A stretch of 64,000 bases of DNA from Eledone cirrhosa (Eukaryota): contig OZ024741.1 in NCBI GenBank assembly GCA_964016885.1, forward strand, positions 67,084,001 to 67,148,000, in the 5' to 3' direction. Below, piece by piece: positions 42,595 to 57,378 of the stretch (position 1 is its first letter; each line of letters opens with the position of its first letter). A model generated the notes under the pieces. The model saw only the letters and a program-made list of their open reading frames with translations, did no database searches and was not told the origin of the DNA. The translations under genes and the position numbers were made by a program.

Positions 42595-43470
42595 ACAGAG
42601 AAAAGCTACGAGAAGGGGGAGGAAAGGCGGTATACATCGAATTCATAGTTGTAGTCTGCTGATCGCACTCAAGTATCCATTTATAATGATAAGAGTTCAA
42701 GGTTGCATAATCTGCAGTACTTCAATCCACTCAGATATGCACTAGCGCTGGATAATTTATCCCATTTCAAGGTGAACTGCCGGTTGCATTCACAGAGTTG
42801 CCAGGTCTTATTGGCGAGCGTGGTTACAAGACGGTGTTCGGGATGTTTAATCGAAAATCGATGACGATACCAGCGAGATTTAAAGGAGGTAGTGGTAGAC
42901 CCGATGTAATACCATTTCTGGTCCTTCGATTCGACAGTGCATTGATAAACAATGTTGGACTCTAGGCATTTATTCTTCAATGGGCATCTTTTATATCTTG
43001 AAATCCAAAAACAACTTACTAAATGGCAGAATCGAACGATCGTTATACTGCAACCACAAACTGAAGGTTAAATTTTCTCCCTATAGATTAACTTAACATT
43101 CGAACCTGAGACTACAAACCACTTTATCGCTAACTAATTTAACTCAATGAAATAAATAATTCCAAACTTGACAATATCAACACAATGCCTAAGTTGTCAC
43201 TTTGAGAGTAAGCAGTATAATAAAACCACTTGTTGGACCCCTATCACAACATTTAGATTAAGCTATCTGTATTCTTCAAACAACTCTCTCCCATTTCTCC
43301 GACGAATGAATTATTGTCTTCGTTTGCCTGACCTTACCTGTGCCCCCCGGCACAAGGTAAAGCTGTCCTTGGAAAAATTACTTCGTTCCCTCCTCCCTAG
43401 AGTATTTTCATTTGAGTTTGTTGTCTGGTGGTATAACAACTATACAGTAGGTATCTTTATTCGATAATAA
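42305..43470 (-). mobile_element. Penelope-like element 3' fragment (GIY-YIG, 42681-42990) flanked by inverted repeats 42305-42457 / 43151-43303
   Basis: CPLKNKCLESNIVYQC..YYIGSTTTSFKSRWYRH..CRLCNLE; same family type as 53633; 153-bp inverted arms. Confidence 0.88.
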
Positions 43471-43742
43471 TGTTTATTTAATTATTTGTGATAAATTGTG
43501 TGAATTATTATTATTAGAATTAGGCCAAAAATGGTTTAAAAAAACTAGTGGCAACCCTGCTCTAACAACGTCGTTAGAAACCTTGTTTTATATAATTTAT
43601 TCACAAGTATCATATTTTATCGCATTACTGTATTTTGCATTTACATTTGTCTTCATTGTTTCTTATTTCTTCATTCTAATTATTATACTTTTTGTTCTTT
43701 TTCCTTTCCATAAATCTTTTTTGTTTGAACAAAAACAAGCCC

Positions 43743-45538
43743 ATGGAATCTAAGAAAAGAAAAGTGGATTTGGAGTGCCGAACTTTTAACGATGGCTGGA
43801 CACTTAGCTGTTTTTTAATTGAGCACTTCGGAAAATGTGTTTTTTTAATTTGTCAAGAAATCATTGCCGTGAATAAAGTTTCAAATATTAAACGGCACTA
43901 TGAAACTCGTCATAATCATTACAACAGTTTTACTGGAAAAGCACGAGTAAACGAAGTTACACGGCTGAGAAATAATGTAACAAAGCAATCATCCTTTTTC
44001 ACTAGAAAAGTTGAAGAAAGTGACTGAAACACGAAACACTCGTGCTAGCTACGAGGTGTCAAAACTAATTACAGAAAGGATGAAACCTTTTACTGATGGA
44101 GATTTCTTCAAAGAATTATTGTTGAAGGTAGCAGATGTTGTTTGACCAGAAAAAAGGGAATTATTTTCTGCGATCAGCTTATCGGCAAGAACAGTAACAA
44201 GGGTAACAAGGCGAATTGAAGAGCTGGCAGCAAATGTCAGAAGTGGCTTGGAGGGCATTTTAAATAATCTGGAGTATTATTCCATTGCTATCGATGAAAC
44301 CACAGATATGAAGGATACTTGTCAACTTGCAGTGTTTGTGAGGGGTGTAACACCAACATTTGATATTGTGGAAGAATTTGTACGATTGATTCCTATGAAG
44401 GACACTAGCACTGGAGCAGATATTTTGGAAAGCATAATTAAATGGATTACCGAAATGAATCTGGATTTACCAAAGCTTTCTGGAGTAGTCACAGATGGAG
44501 CACCAGCAATGGTTGGAGAGAAAAAGGGGTTTGTTGCATTGCTCCAAAATCACATCGGTATTAATAAAAAATTAATCAAACTTCATTGCATTACTCATCA
44601 AGAAGTATTATGTGCAAAGTCACTGAATTTTAAGCACATCATGGCAGTGGTCGTGAAAACAGTGAATTTTATACTGTCAAGAGGACTAAATCACCGCCAG
44701 TTTCAAGAATTTCTAAAACAAATTGAAGCAGAGTATGGCGACATTATATAGTTTTCAAATGTTCGATGGCTTAGCCGCGGAAAAATGATAGAACGAGTAT
44801 ATGCATTGAGAGAAGAGATTTCTATGTTTTTAAAGAACAAAGATCAAGATAATTCTTACTTTCAGGATCCACAGTGGGTTGTCAAGTTAGCTTTTTTAGT
44901 GGACATCACGACCCACATGAACACTTTCAATCTTGAGCTTCAAGGAAAGAACAAGTTTGTATTTGAGATGTTTGGTCAAATTACTGCTTTTGAGAGAAAA
45001 CTTCGACTGTGGGAATCACAACTTCAAAAAGGAAACTATTCTCATTTCCCAAGTCTCCAAATTCACAAGAGAGATATAATACCAGACATCTTTGTGAGCT
45101 CTATTAAGGATTTGAGAAGCGAGTTTTCCTCTCGTTTTGCTGACCTCCGGCAATATGGAACTCTATTTAAGTTATTTGGTACTCCTTACGAAACAGATGT
45201 GGAGCTAGTGGCAGAAGAATATCAGTTGGAGTTAATTGACTTACAGTGCGACGAATCTTTGAAATCAAAATTTCAGTTCGAATCCACTGCTGACTTCTAC
45301 AAGAAATATATATTGCCAAGCGGAAAATATAAAAACATCTTGACTAATGCGAAACTGATGATATCATTATTTGGACGCTTGTGAACAACTTTTTTCCAAA
45401 ATGAAATATACTAAAAGTCATTTAAGAACAAGGTTGCGTGAAGACCACCTGGATGATGTTTTGCTCCTGTCATCGACAAATATGTCACCTGATGTGGAGA
45501 AGTTATCGCACAATAAGCAGAAACAAGTGTCTCATTAA
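43743..45538 (+). pseudogene. hAT (SPIN/Buster/GTF2IRD2-like) transposase pseudogene
   Basis: MESKKRKVD..NIKRHYETRH, SIAIDETTD, VTDGAPAMVG, HCITHQE, VRWLSRG, CEQLFSKMK; in-frame stops near 44025, 44143 and 44749; frameshift near 45380. Confidence 0.93.
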
Positions 45539-45846
45539 ATCATTTACCATTTCTAACTGTATTTCGTTTGTAGCAAGGAATTTGCTTTTTTTTTTGTTGA
45601 TTGTGATAGTAGTTGTTTTTCTGTTATTCCTGCAGTAAAATAGGGAATTTGCTTTTTTTTTTGTTGAATGTGTTTGTAATTTTTTTTTTTTTTGTTATTC
45701 CTGCAGTAAAATAAGGGGCCTTGTTAAAATAAAATTATATTAAATTCCTTGTTTTGCTTTAAACCTCCAGAAAATTTATTTACATATTTAATAACATGGC
45801 CCTCCTCCATGAGACTGCATAGCTGTTTGGCCCTGTCTCTCCAAAA

Positions 45847-45861
45847 GGTTGCCGACCCCTG
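45847..45861 (-). mobile_element. hAT right terminal inverted repeat
   Basis: Reverse complement CAGGGGTCGGCAACC followed by 8-bp ctatagag with central TA, typical of Buster-type targets; no matching left TIR found. Confidence 0.75.
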
Positions 45862-45889
45862 CTATAGAGGATCATAACAAAAGTATACA

Positions 45890-46445
45890 CGAAGATGATT
45901 CGTAAAGCTTCAAAAGAACGTTGGTTTCATCGGAAGAGAATAACAGTTCATGCTAAAATGTAGTGATCTATCTTTACAACAAAAATATCTTTTGTATTAC
46001 ATCCGTGAGGAAGAATTAAATGTAAAAGTCTGGATACCAATACATACATACATGCGTACATACATACATACATACATACATACATACATACATACATACA
46101 TACATACATAAAGCACAACCTGCCTGATATTGTTGTTTAGGACCACACATTGAAAACGTGTTCTGTTGTAGAGATCAGCTGCCTACTTGATGTAAACGTT
46201 GTCAGAAAAATACAGGAGAAGGAGGACATCTACAGACCATTGATGAGGAGTTTACAAATCCAGTATCCAAGATACACCATCATTATTGGAGCTACGGGTT
46301 ATATACCAACCCGCTTGGACCAAAGTATGACTGAACTTGGATTTGCGGACAAAGAGCACAGCTCCCTAATTCATAGTCTACAAATGACTGCGATAGCTGG
46401 CATTTTCAATATTTGCAAATCATTCTTGCGATTCAAGGGATGAAA
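45890..46445 (+). mobile_element. 3' fragment of an RLE-type non-LTR retrotransposon (restriction-like endonuclease), interrupted by (ACAT)n
   Basis: KHNLPDIVV*DHTLKTCSVVEISC..EKEDIY..IIIGATGYIP. Confidence 0.75.
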
Positions 46446-46636
46446 ATTTCTTTTCTTTTACTACCTTGCCACCAGGAAGGTGGCCGGTCAAAAAAAATAT
46501 ACTCGAAATTAAGAGAAAGAGATAACATACATGCAAACATACATACCTATATGCGTACATACATACATACATGCAAACATACATACATACAGACATATAT
46601 GTGTACATACATACATACATGCAAACATACAAACAT

Positions 46637-46856
46637 AAATATCCTTAATTTTCGAGATAATATCTCTTCTTCGGAGGGAGTAAAGTGGTTAAACAAGCGT
46701 TCTAAATAGCTTGCCAAGTCAGAAGAGATACTATCTCGAAAATTAAGGATATTTAAATAAATTTAAGGTAAAAGACTAATTGTCAACAATATATTTTGCA
46801 TTTGCATTTATATTCTATATCAATACCTGCATTGTTTTGGCTTTACAAATACAAGC

Positions 46857-46942
<86 letters not shown>

Positions 46943-47612
46943 CTATAATTAGTGCTTCTTTAATCTAAGATTGCCGAGGTTTCTTTCCTTAGCTTCAATC
47001 TCAACTATTATGTTTTTGTCGGTGTTTTTGCGTTTCACTAGTTGTTTCTTAAATGAGGAAGCGTTAGTGTTGAGCTGTTCTTTTATTCTAATGTGAAGTG
47101 GTCTGGTGGTGCTAGCTATGTAGAAATTGCTGCATTTGTCGCACTCTAATCTGTATACGACGTAAGCCTGGTGGCATAGGTCTGTGTCATCGATGGGGCA
47201 GTTGGCTAGCCTGCAGCTGCTGTCATGTCTGGTGTAGTGTCTTTTGGTTAGCTGTCCATGTAGAGAAGGACCTGAGTGGGCTAGCTGGATATCTAGTCCC
47301 TCTCGTCTAATAGCTCTGCGGGTGGCTGTTGTTGTTTCGTCACTGAAGTGTGGGAGCTTCAGGAAGCAGGTGTTAGTGCCTCGGGTGTGGTGTCCTCTCT
47401 TCTTGCTGGAACGGTATTCGGTGGACGTCGGGTATCCGTTCAGTTTAAGTACTTCCAGGAAATGTGTCGTGTGTGTGTCTCAGTCTCTTTCGTCGGTGTA
47501 TTTGTTCCGGATACGTGTAGTTCGTTCCTTATATATCCGAACTTAGCGCTGACTTGTAGGGCTGATCTGAAATGTACGAACAGATCCCTGCTGGCGGCTT
47601 TTTTATAGAAGC
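46637..47612 (-). mobile_element. Second copy of the 20930-23047 PLE family (linker + GIY-YIG, 46941-47612) with a rearranged, inverted pLTR piece
   Basis: 46941-47610 aligns to about 21617-22280; 46637-46719 is a direct copy of about 21111-21195; 46721-46860 is the reverse complement of about 20998-21144. Confidence 0.9.
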
Positions 47613-47641
47613 AGGTGAAGACTAACACTACTAGGGAAGCT

Positions 47642-47728
<87 letters not shown>

Positions 47729-47729
<1 letters not shown>

Positions 47730-47883
47730 ACGAATGAAATGTGGTAAGGAACCAGGTGGACCATAACGCACCAAAGTACTCAATACTTAGGGTAGTAGAG
47801 TGGGTAATAGGAACGAGTAGGACCCCATCCAGAATTAGCCGTCGAAACGGCTTGAGCTCAGCCGTCGGGGTCCTACTCGTTCC

Positions 47884-47885
<2 letters not shown>
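47729..47885. mobile_element. Short fold-back element in (TA)n, family A copy 3
   Basis: Same tail; arms taggaacgagtaggacccc / ggggtcctactcgttccta. Confidence 0.8.
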
Positions 47886-47916
<31 letters not shown>

Positions 47917-48514
47917 ACGTATGTATTCCAGTTTAGCGTTTCTCTTCGCAACATCGATGGAGTCGATGTCTGAAGATTCAGTAATTTGATTCCTTTATTT
48001 TTCTCATAGATGATGTGTTTCACTCGGCATTTCAGTTAGAATGATCCTCGTTAATGTTACTGCTGCTCCTGTTGTTCAACGTATTTTGTTCTCGTTTTTA
48101 TTTGTTTATTACTGACACTACAATATCGTATGGACCTTCCATCTTTATTACGGTTAAGACTAACACTACGAGGGAAGCTTAAATGTAGTTTAGTCTCATA
48201 TTTCCCGCTAAGACCTAAGGAAGTTTGTATGCGTGGCAGCTATAAACCTGTTGACAGGTGGAATAATTTTGTCGAAAGCAATAGAGAATTTATTGATGAT
48301 TAAATATCATTTTTTGGCTTTGCCAAATACATGTCATAATCGGACAGAATACTATTTACAACAAGTCCTTATGAGCTTATCACACTGACTAAATGTCTGC
48401 CTTGTGGACCAATTGTCAGTAATTGCATCTGTTATACAAATTCCATATGGATTATGTATAGTTTCTCTCTTCATCTTCGTTTCATATTCATTCGTGGTAC
48501 GTATGACCACATAA

Positions 48515-48616
<102 letters not shown>

Positions 48617-49065
48617 ATATAAGGTAGATTAGAAGAGTTTGATAATACAATCATATAAGGCAAAGCGTTAGTGAAAGCTCAAATCTGTTATTGTTTACAG
48701 GAAGATTGGCAAAAGATTATATCCAACTTTTAAATTTCCAAATATAGTATAATTACAATATCACAGACTTTATAGAATGAATAAATAACCAGGATTTAAT
48801 TACATTATTCAATAGATTTACGGAGTTTTTTTTTAGATAGAGAACGAAATAGCATTTTATTCCTCTGTAGAGATTTCCCAGAATTATATAATAACAAAAA
48901 AAAAACATTTACCAACTGTTTGACTGAATAACTCAAAATTCGACAAGATATATGGCAGTTAAATATTTATCTCTTTTATATTGTTTAATGATTCTGAGGA
49001 AATCAGTACAGAGGAGTAGATACTACTTCCTCCTGTATTTGAAAGAAACGTTCGTAAATTTATTA

Positions 49066-49252
49066 AATAATTGATTCTACTTTTGGCACAAGGCCAGCAA
49101 TAACCCAGTACATTACTGGTACTTTATTTTATCGACCCCGTAAGGATGAAAGGCAAAGTTGACCTCGGCCGGATTTGAACTCTGAAGAGAAAGGGCCGTA
49201 ACTCTATGCGTCAAAGCATGACGTCCGACCCTCTACCGATACTGCCAATCCA
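49066..49252 (-). mobile_element. SINE family B
   Basis: Family core; B-box-like gagttcaaatcc on the minus strand. Confidence 0.88.
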
Positions 49253-49291
49253 AATAATGTAATTTAACTCTGGTTATTTTAATCATTATGT

Positions 49292-49479
49292 CGGTGAATT
49301 GGCAGTATCGTTATAGGGTTGGACGCCATGCTTTCCAGCATAGTTACGTCCCTTTACAGTCTGAGTTCAAATCCCGCCGAGGTTAACTTTGCCTTTCATC
49401 CTTACGGGGTCGATAAAATAAAGTACTAGTAATGTAATGGGTAATTGCTGGCCTTGTGCCTGAAGTAGAAACAATTATT
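49292..49479 (+). mobile_element. SINE family B (head-to-head with the previous copy)
   Basis: ggtgaattggcagtatcg..gagttcaaatccc..gtagaaacaattatt. Confidence 0.88.
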
Positions 49480-49489
49480 TATATATATG

Positions 49490-49526
<37 letters not shown>

Positions 49527-49571
49527 GTATATATATATATGTATATATATGTATATATATATATATATCTG

Positions 49572-49673
<102 letters not shown>

Positions 49674-49687
49674 TTTTAATATAGATA

Positions 49688-49738
49688 AGATTCTACAGGA
49701 CTAGAACTGTTTCATTCTTTAGAAATCATCAGGAATCT
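49688..49738 (-). ncRNA. Hammerhead ribozyme motif in PLE pLTR
   Basis: agattc-CTGATGA-tttct aa agaat-GAAA-cagttctag-TC-ctgta-gaatct; core intact, stem I bulged. Confidence 0.6.
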
Positions 49739-50205
49739 GGGTATCAAAAAATAAGTACGGTATTTATAGGTCTCTTCAAGTGGTAGGAGAGGGTAGGGAG
49801 TAGGATGGGTGTAGGTCATTAATTCTTCAAAGCTATAGTTTATTTTTAGAGTAACAAAGGCAGAAAGAATTCTATAAACAAGTTCAGGATGGGGTGCCAC
49901 TCCTTATTTTTAAGTTTCTCTTAAGCTAACAGGTGTCTATAAGATCAGTTGGGTCAGACATGGTTGATGGATTTAAAGGAAAGGGAGATTCTTTAAAAGC
50001 TAAATTCTTTAAGTAACAAAGGCCCAGATAATTCTGTAGACAAATTCAAAATATTGAGTGCATATCATATGATTATCTTCAAATTTCTCTTAAACTATTC
50101 AACTATATGCCAAAAATCAACAGACACATTCACAAACACACTCACTCACAAACTCGCGCGCACCCACAAACACCCACACATACATATATACATATATATA
50201 TATAT

Positions 50206-51010
50206 ATTATGAAGAGAGAAGAAACATTTAGATATAATTAGTAATAAAATGTATCATACCTAAACTGTTCCTAAATTCCTCGACTACGTAGTTTCGTGGC
50301 ATAAACAAAAACAATATATCAAAGATATAGAGTCCTTGCGAGGTCTGCCGACTTATCAAGAGGATACCTCATTTTACTAGTCTCAAGAACGCGTCTACAC
50401 GACGTGAGAAAGAATCCCAAAAGGCGGAGGTGTGTCCGCATATATCTGTGTGTTTCTAAATATATTAATAACTCCCTCTGGTCGAGCAATCTTTGAGGTG
50501 TGGGGACAACTGGAAAGCTTCCATTACTCATACTTCTCGCCTTCTTCACTACCTCTTCTACGGCCTCGATATGAATACCCCCTCCGCCTCTGTGGTATTT
50601 TCTTCGTGGTTATAAGAGGCTTAGCTCTGTTTCTCGACCGTTATATCGCGTGACTATCTCCCCCTCCGCCTTTTGGGATTCTTTCTCACGTCGTGTAGAC
50701 GCGTTCTTGAGACTAGTAAAATGAGGTATCCTCTTGATAAGTCGGCAGACCTCGCAAGGACTCTATATCTTTGATATATTGTTTTTGTTTATGCCACGAA
50801 ACTACGTAGTCGAGGAATTTAGGAACAGTTTAGGTATGATACATTTTATTACTAATTATATCTAAATGTTTCTTCTCTCTTCATAATGTATTTTTAACTC
50901 TGATACTGGTTCAGTCTGGTTCAAACTGAATTGGTCTGTCCCAGTCATTCATTGAGCAACATCGGTGAAGTTGGCACCCTTAACTCACAGTTGGGTGCGG
51001 ATGCATTCAT
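50206..51010. mobile_element. Nested fold-back cassette (arms 50206-50430 / 50663-50887) with right tail and a degenerate hammerhead on each arm
   Basis: 225-bp apparently identical inverted arms; tcctc-TTGATAA-gt(c)ggca..tgccac-GAAA-ctacgtag-TC-gagga at 50729-50816(+) and 50277-50364(-). Confidence 0.85.
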
Positions 51011-51047
51011 GTATATATGTGTGTGTCCGCATATATCTGTGTGTTTC

Positions 51048-51112
<65 letters not shown>

Positions 51113-51150
51113 ATATATATATGTATATATGCATATACATATATATATAC

Positions 51151-51190
<40 letters not shown>

Positions 51191-51257
51191 ATACACATAT
51201 ACACATATATACATATATACACAGATACACACACATATATATACACACATACATCAT

Positions 51258-51304
<47 letters not shown>

Positions 51305-51327
51305 TATACATACACATATACACACAT

Positions 51328-51502
<175 letters not shown>

Positions 51503-51553
51503 AATATACACACACATACGTACACGCATACACACATACATATACATAAATAA

Positions 51554-51590
<37 letters not shown>

Positions 51591-51637
51591 TACATACATA
51601 CACCTACATATACACATATACACACATACACACATAC

Positions 51638-51683
<46 letters not shown>

Positions 51684-51795
51684 ATGTGCACACATACACA
51701 TATACATATATATACACATATACACACATATACACACATATATATATACACACATATACACACACATATATATACACACATATATACACACACAT

Positions 51796-51856
<61 letters not shown>

Positions 51857-51933
51857 TATACATATATACACATACACACATACATATACACACACACATA
51901 CTTATATATATATATATACATATATACATACAT

Positions 51934-51974
<41 letters not shown>

Positions 51975-51991
51975 CACACATACTTATACAT

Positions 51992-53182
<1,191 letters not shown>

Positions 53183-53327
53183 TACACATACACACACACA
53201 CATATATATATACACATATATACACACATACACACATATATAAATAAATAAATAAATACACACACAGAGAGAACCACACATATATATACACACACACACC
53301 GACACACATATATATACACACATATAT

Positions 53328-53378
<51 letters not shown>

Positions 53379-53632
53379 CATATGTACACATACATATACA
53401 TACATATACATACACATATATATACACACATACACACAATATATACACATACAAGTAAATAAGTACTCAATAAATATACGCATATACACAGGCACATATA
53501 AACACAGCTCTACAGGCAGAAAATGCAGATAGGTAAGAGGTACTCACATAACCATAGTGGCCGTATTTCAGGTTGAAGAGGGTGGGGGTAGGGTGGGAAG
53601 GAGGTATAGGGGCTAATAGGAGGAGTTCGTTG

Positions 53633-54773
53633 TTAGCCATCGGGCTTTAACACTGGCTTAAAGTATTTGAAAGTTGCAAAGTTCTTGCGCATGCAGTTCG
53701 GGCAGTGTTCAGAGAGTTTGTTCAGTAGCGGGCCCCTGGCGAATAAAATTTCGTAGCTCTCTGACATACAAAGGTCGCAGCCCTTGTGTCCTCCGTTGTA
53801 AGAGCGCGCTTTCTGGAGTATTTTCCATTTAAGCGTGAAGGGGGTGGAGTTCCTTTTGAGGTCCCAAACATAGGAGGCGAGTGTTGTCTGGTTTGATTTG
53901 TCCGGTATTCTGAAGGAGTGGGTATGGGCATACCAACGGGTCTTAAAGTTATTGGAGGTCATGCCGATGTAAGTTTTTTTGTTATTGCAATCATCGGTGC
54001 CTGAGATGACATCGCATTTGTATACGATATCATTTGTGAGGCATTTGTTTTCAAGTGGGCATGCTTCCTTATTTAGGCAATTACACAAAGCCCCAGTCCG
54101 GGGATTGGGTTCGGAGGTGGTTGGCTTATTTAATTTTTTAGAATTGTGGTTGGCTATATTCCTAGCTAGGTTAGGTGTGGTGGAGTAGGAGAGTCTTATT
54201 GTGTTCTTATTAAAGATGGTGTGGTACCTATGTTGTATGGGGAAGTGTAATTTCAGCAAAGTGAAGAGAATCCTAGCTATCGGTGTAGAGAGCTCTCTAT
54301 TGAAGGGAGGGTTGTACCAGCTAATCAGCCTATGCCTATTCCACCTCTGCAATCTTGCGGTGGTTTCTAGGTAGGTTATCTTTTCTTTAAATCCACTGCG
54401 GGCGAGGGCGTCATTGTAGTAGGAGGCAGAGGCGTTAAAAATATCTTTGTTGGCGGAGAGGCCAGATATTCTAATAGAGACGCTTTTTACTAGGTTATGT
54501 TTTGGGGGTGGTTTGAATTAACATTAATATATCTAAGGGACTCGTTAGGTTTGTAGTACGGGTAATAGAGGGAAGTATCTAGGACGAGAGTGACATCCAA
54601 GAAGTTGGCCCTAGTCAAATTAGATTCTATAGTTATACTAAATCCTAGATTAGAGAAGAACGAGCTTAAGTTTTTCCGAAACCCATCGGTGGTTCTGGGG
54701 TTAACCTTGTGCAGGGCGAAGAGGCCGTCGTCTCGGTATAAACCTCCGGTTAGGCTGGTAAAGAGGTTCTTCA
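53633..54773 (-). pseudogene. PLE ORF fragment: RT C-terminus (YRDD) + Cys linker + GIY-YIG endonuclease
   Basis: ORF-track 239-aa segment plus upstream RT motifs separated by a frameshift near 54500. Confidence 0.92.
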
Positions 54774-54794
54774 GGTGAAGAACCTCTTTACCGG

Positions 54795-54855
<61 letters not shown>

Positions 54856-55024
54856 ATGTGTGTATATATGTGTATATATATATATGTGTGTGTGGGTGTG
54901 GGTAGTGTGTGTATATATATGTGTGTATTTGTTTGTGTGGTTCTCTCTGTGCGTGTATTTATTTAATTAGTTATATATGGGTGTATGTGTGTATATATGT
55001 GTATATATATGTGTCTGTGTGTGT

Positions 55025-55084
<60 letters not shown>

Positions 55085-55091
55085 ATGTGTG

Positions 55092-55127
<36 letters not shown>

Positions 55128-55423
55128 AGTATGTGTGTGTGTATATGTATGTGTGTATGTGTATATATGTATATATATATATGTATATGTATATGTATGT
55201 ATATATATATATATGTATATATATGTATATATATATATATATATATATGTGTGTATGTGTGTATATATGTGTGTATATATATGTGTGTGTATATGTGTGT
55301 ATATGTGTATATATATGTATATGTGTATGTGTGCACATGTATGTGTGTATATATATATATATATACATTTATATATATATGTATGTGTGTATGTGTGTAT
55401 ATGTGTATATGTAGGTGTATGTA

Positions 55424-55481
<58 letters not shown>

Positions 55482-55591
55482 TATATATATATATATTTAT
55501 GTATATGTATGTGTGTATGTGTGTACGTATGTGTGTATATTTGTGTGTGTATATATATATATGTGTGTATCTGTGTTTATATATATGTATG

Positions 55592-55695
<104 letters not shown>

Positions 55696-55820
55696 TATAT
55701 GTGTGTGTGTATATGTGTATGTATGTGTATATATATATATATGTATGTATGGTGTATGTGTGTATATATATGTGTGTGTATCTGTGTATATATGTATATA
55801 TGTGTATATGTGTATATGTG

Positions 55821-55863
<43 letters not shown>

Positions 55864-56355
55864 ATATATGTATGTGTGGATATTTGTGGATGCGCGCGAG
55901 TGTGTGAGTGAGTGTGTTTGTGAATATGTCTGTTGATTTTTGGCATATGGTTGAATAGTTTAAGAGAAAATTGAAGATAATCATATGATATGCACTCAAT
56001 ATTTTGAATTTGTCTACCGAATTCTACTGGTCTTTGTCACTTAGTAGATCCTTAAAGAATTTAGCTTTTAAGAATTTCCCTTTCCTTTAAATCCATCAAC
56101 CATGACTGACCCCATTGATCTTATAGACACCTATTACCTTAAGAGAAACTTAAAAATAAGGAGTGGCACCCCATCCTGAACTTGTTTATAGAATTCTTTC
56201 TGCCTTTGTTACTCTAAAAATAAACTATAGCTTTGAAGAATTAGCTTTTAATGAATTCCCTTTTCTATCAACCAATGACCTACACCCATCCCACTCCCTA
56301 CCCTCTCCTACCACTTGAAGAGACCTATAAATACCATACTTATTTTTTGATACCC

Positions 56356-56406
56356 AGATTCCTGATGATTTCTAAAGAATGAAACAGTTCTAGTCCCCTA
56401 GAATCT
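56356..56406 (+). ncRNA. Hammerhead ribozyme motif in the inverted pLTR copy
   Basis: CTGATGA at 56362-56368, GAAA at 56381-56384, GTC at 56393-56395. Confidence 0.6.
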
Positions 56407-56491
56407 CATCTATACTAAAACATGTATACTCTGCAATGTATTGAGTACCTTACTTACTGTGGTTACCTCCGATTCAACCCAGAATAACGTA

Positions 56492-56666
<175 letters not shown>

Positions 56667-56844
56667 TAGATAGATAGATAGATAGATAAATATACACGGG
56701 GGTGTATGATTGTGTATAGAAGATTATATTAATAAAAGGAATTCCAACTTTGTCTGATTTACTCGTTTTATTTACAATCCTTTAAAATTTATAATGGTAT
56801 TAGAATGAAATAGTATGGTAGAATATTAAATGTTAAGTGTTAAT

Positions 56845-56883
56845 TGAACAAGTACTTTCATGCTTTCGCAATCTTCAGGTTCA
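56845..56883 (-). ncRNA. Minimal hammerhead ribozyme
   Basis: Mirror of 57340-57378. Confidence 0.75.
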
Positions 56884-57339
56884 TATTGTGTGGTGACAGT
56901 CAAGTGTGCAATTTTCAACTGTAATGAGATGGGTAAATTTTGTGCCTTATATACAGTGAAAAGTGGCTCCAGAATGCTAAATCTTGCAAACCGTATTTCG
57001 ACCAATCGGTGTGTAGTTTCACTGGATTACTCAAGCTGATTGGTTTAGGCGTCACGGTTGGTTGAGCATGTCTAACGACTATGCTATTTTCATCATTTCT
57101 AAAAATAGCAAAACAATAGATGCTTTGGATAGGGTCAATTAGTAGTCGTTAGACATGCTCAGCCAACCGTGACGCCTAAACCAATCAGCTTTAGTAATCC
57201 AGTGAAACTTCACACCGATTGGTCGAAATACAGTTTGCAAGATTTAGCATTCTGGAGCCACTTTTCACTGTATATAAGGCACACAATTTACCATCTCATT
57301 ACAGTTGAAAATTGCACACTTGACTGTCACCACTGAATA

Positions 57340-57378
57340 TGAACCTGAAGATTGCGAAAGCATGAAAGTACTTGTTCA
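57340..57378 (+). ncRNA. Minimal hammerhead ribozyme (39 nt)
   Basis: tgaac-CTGAAGA-t tgc(gaaa)gca t-GAAA-gtac-TT-gttca; perfect stem I, GNRA-capped stem II, palindromic stem III. Confidence 0.78.
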
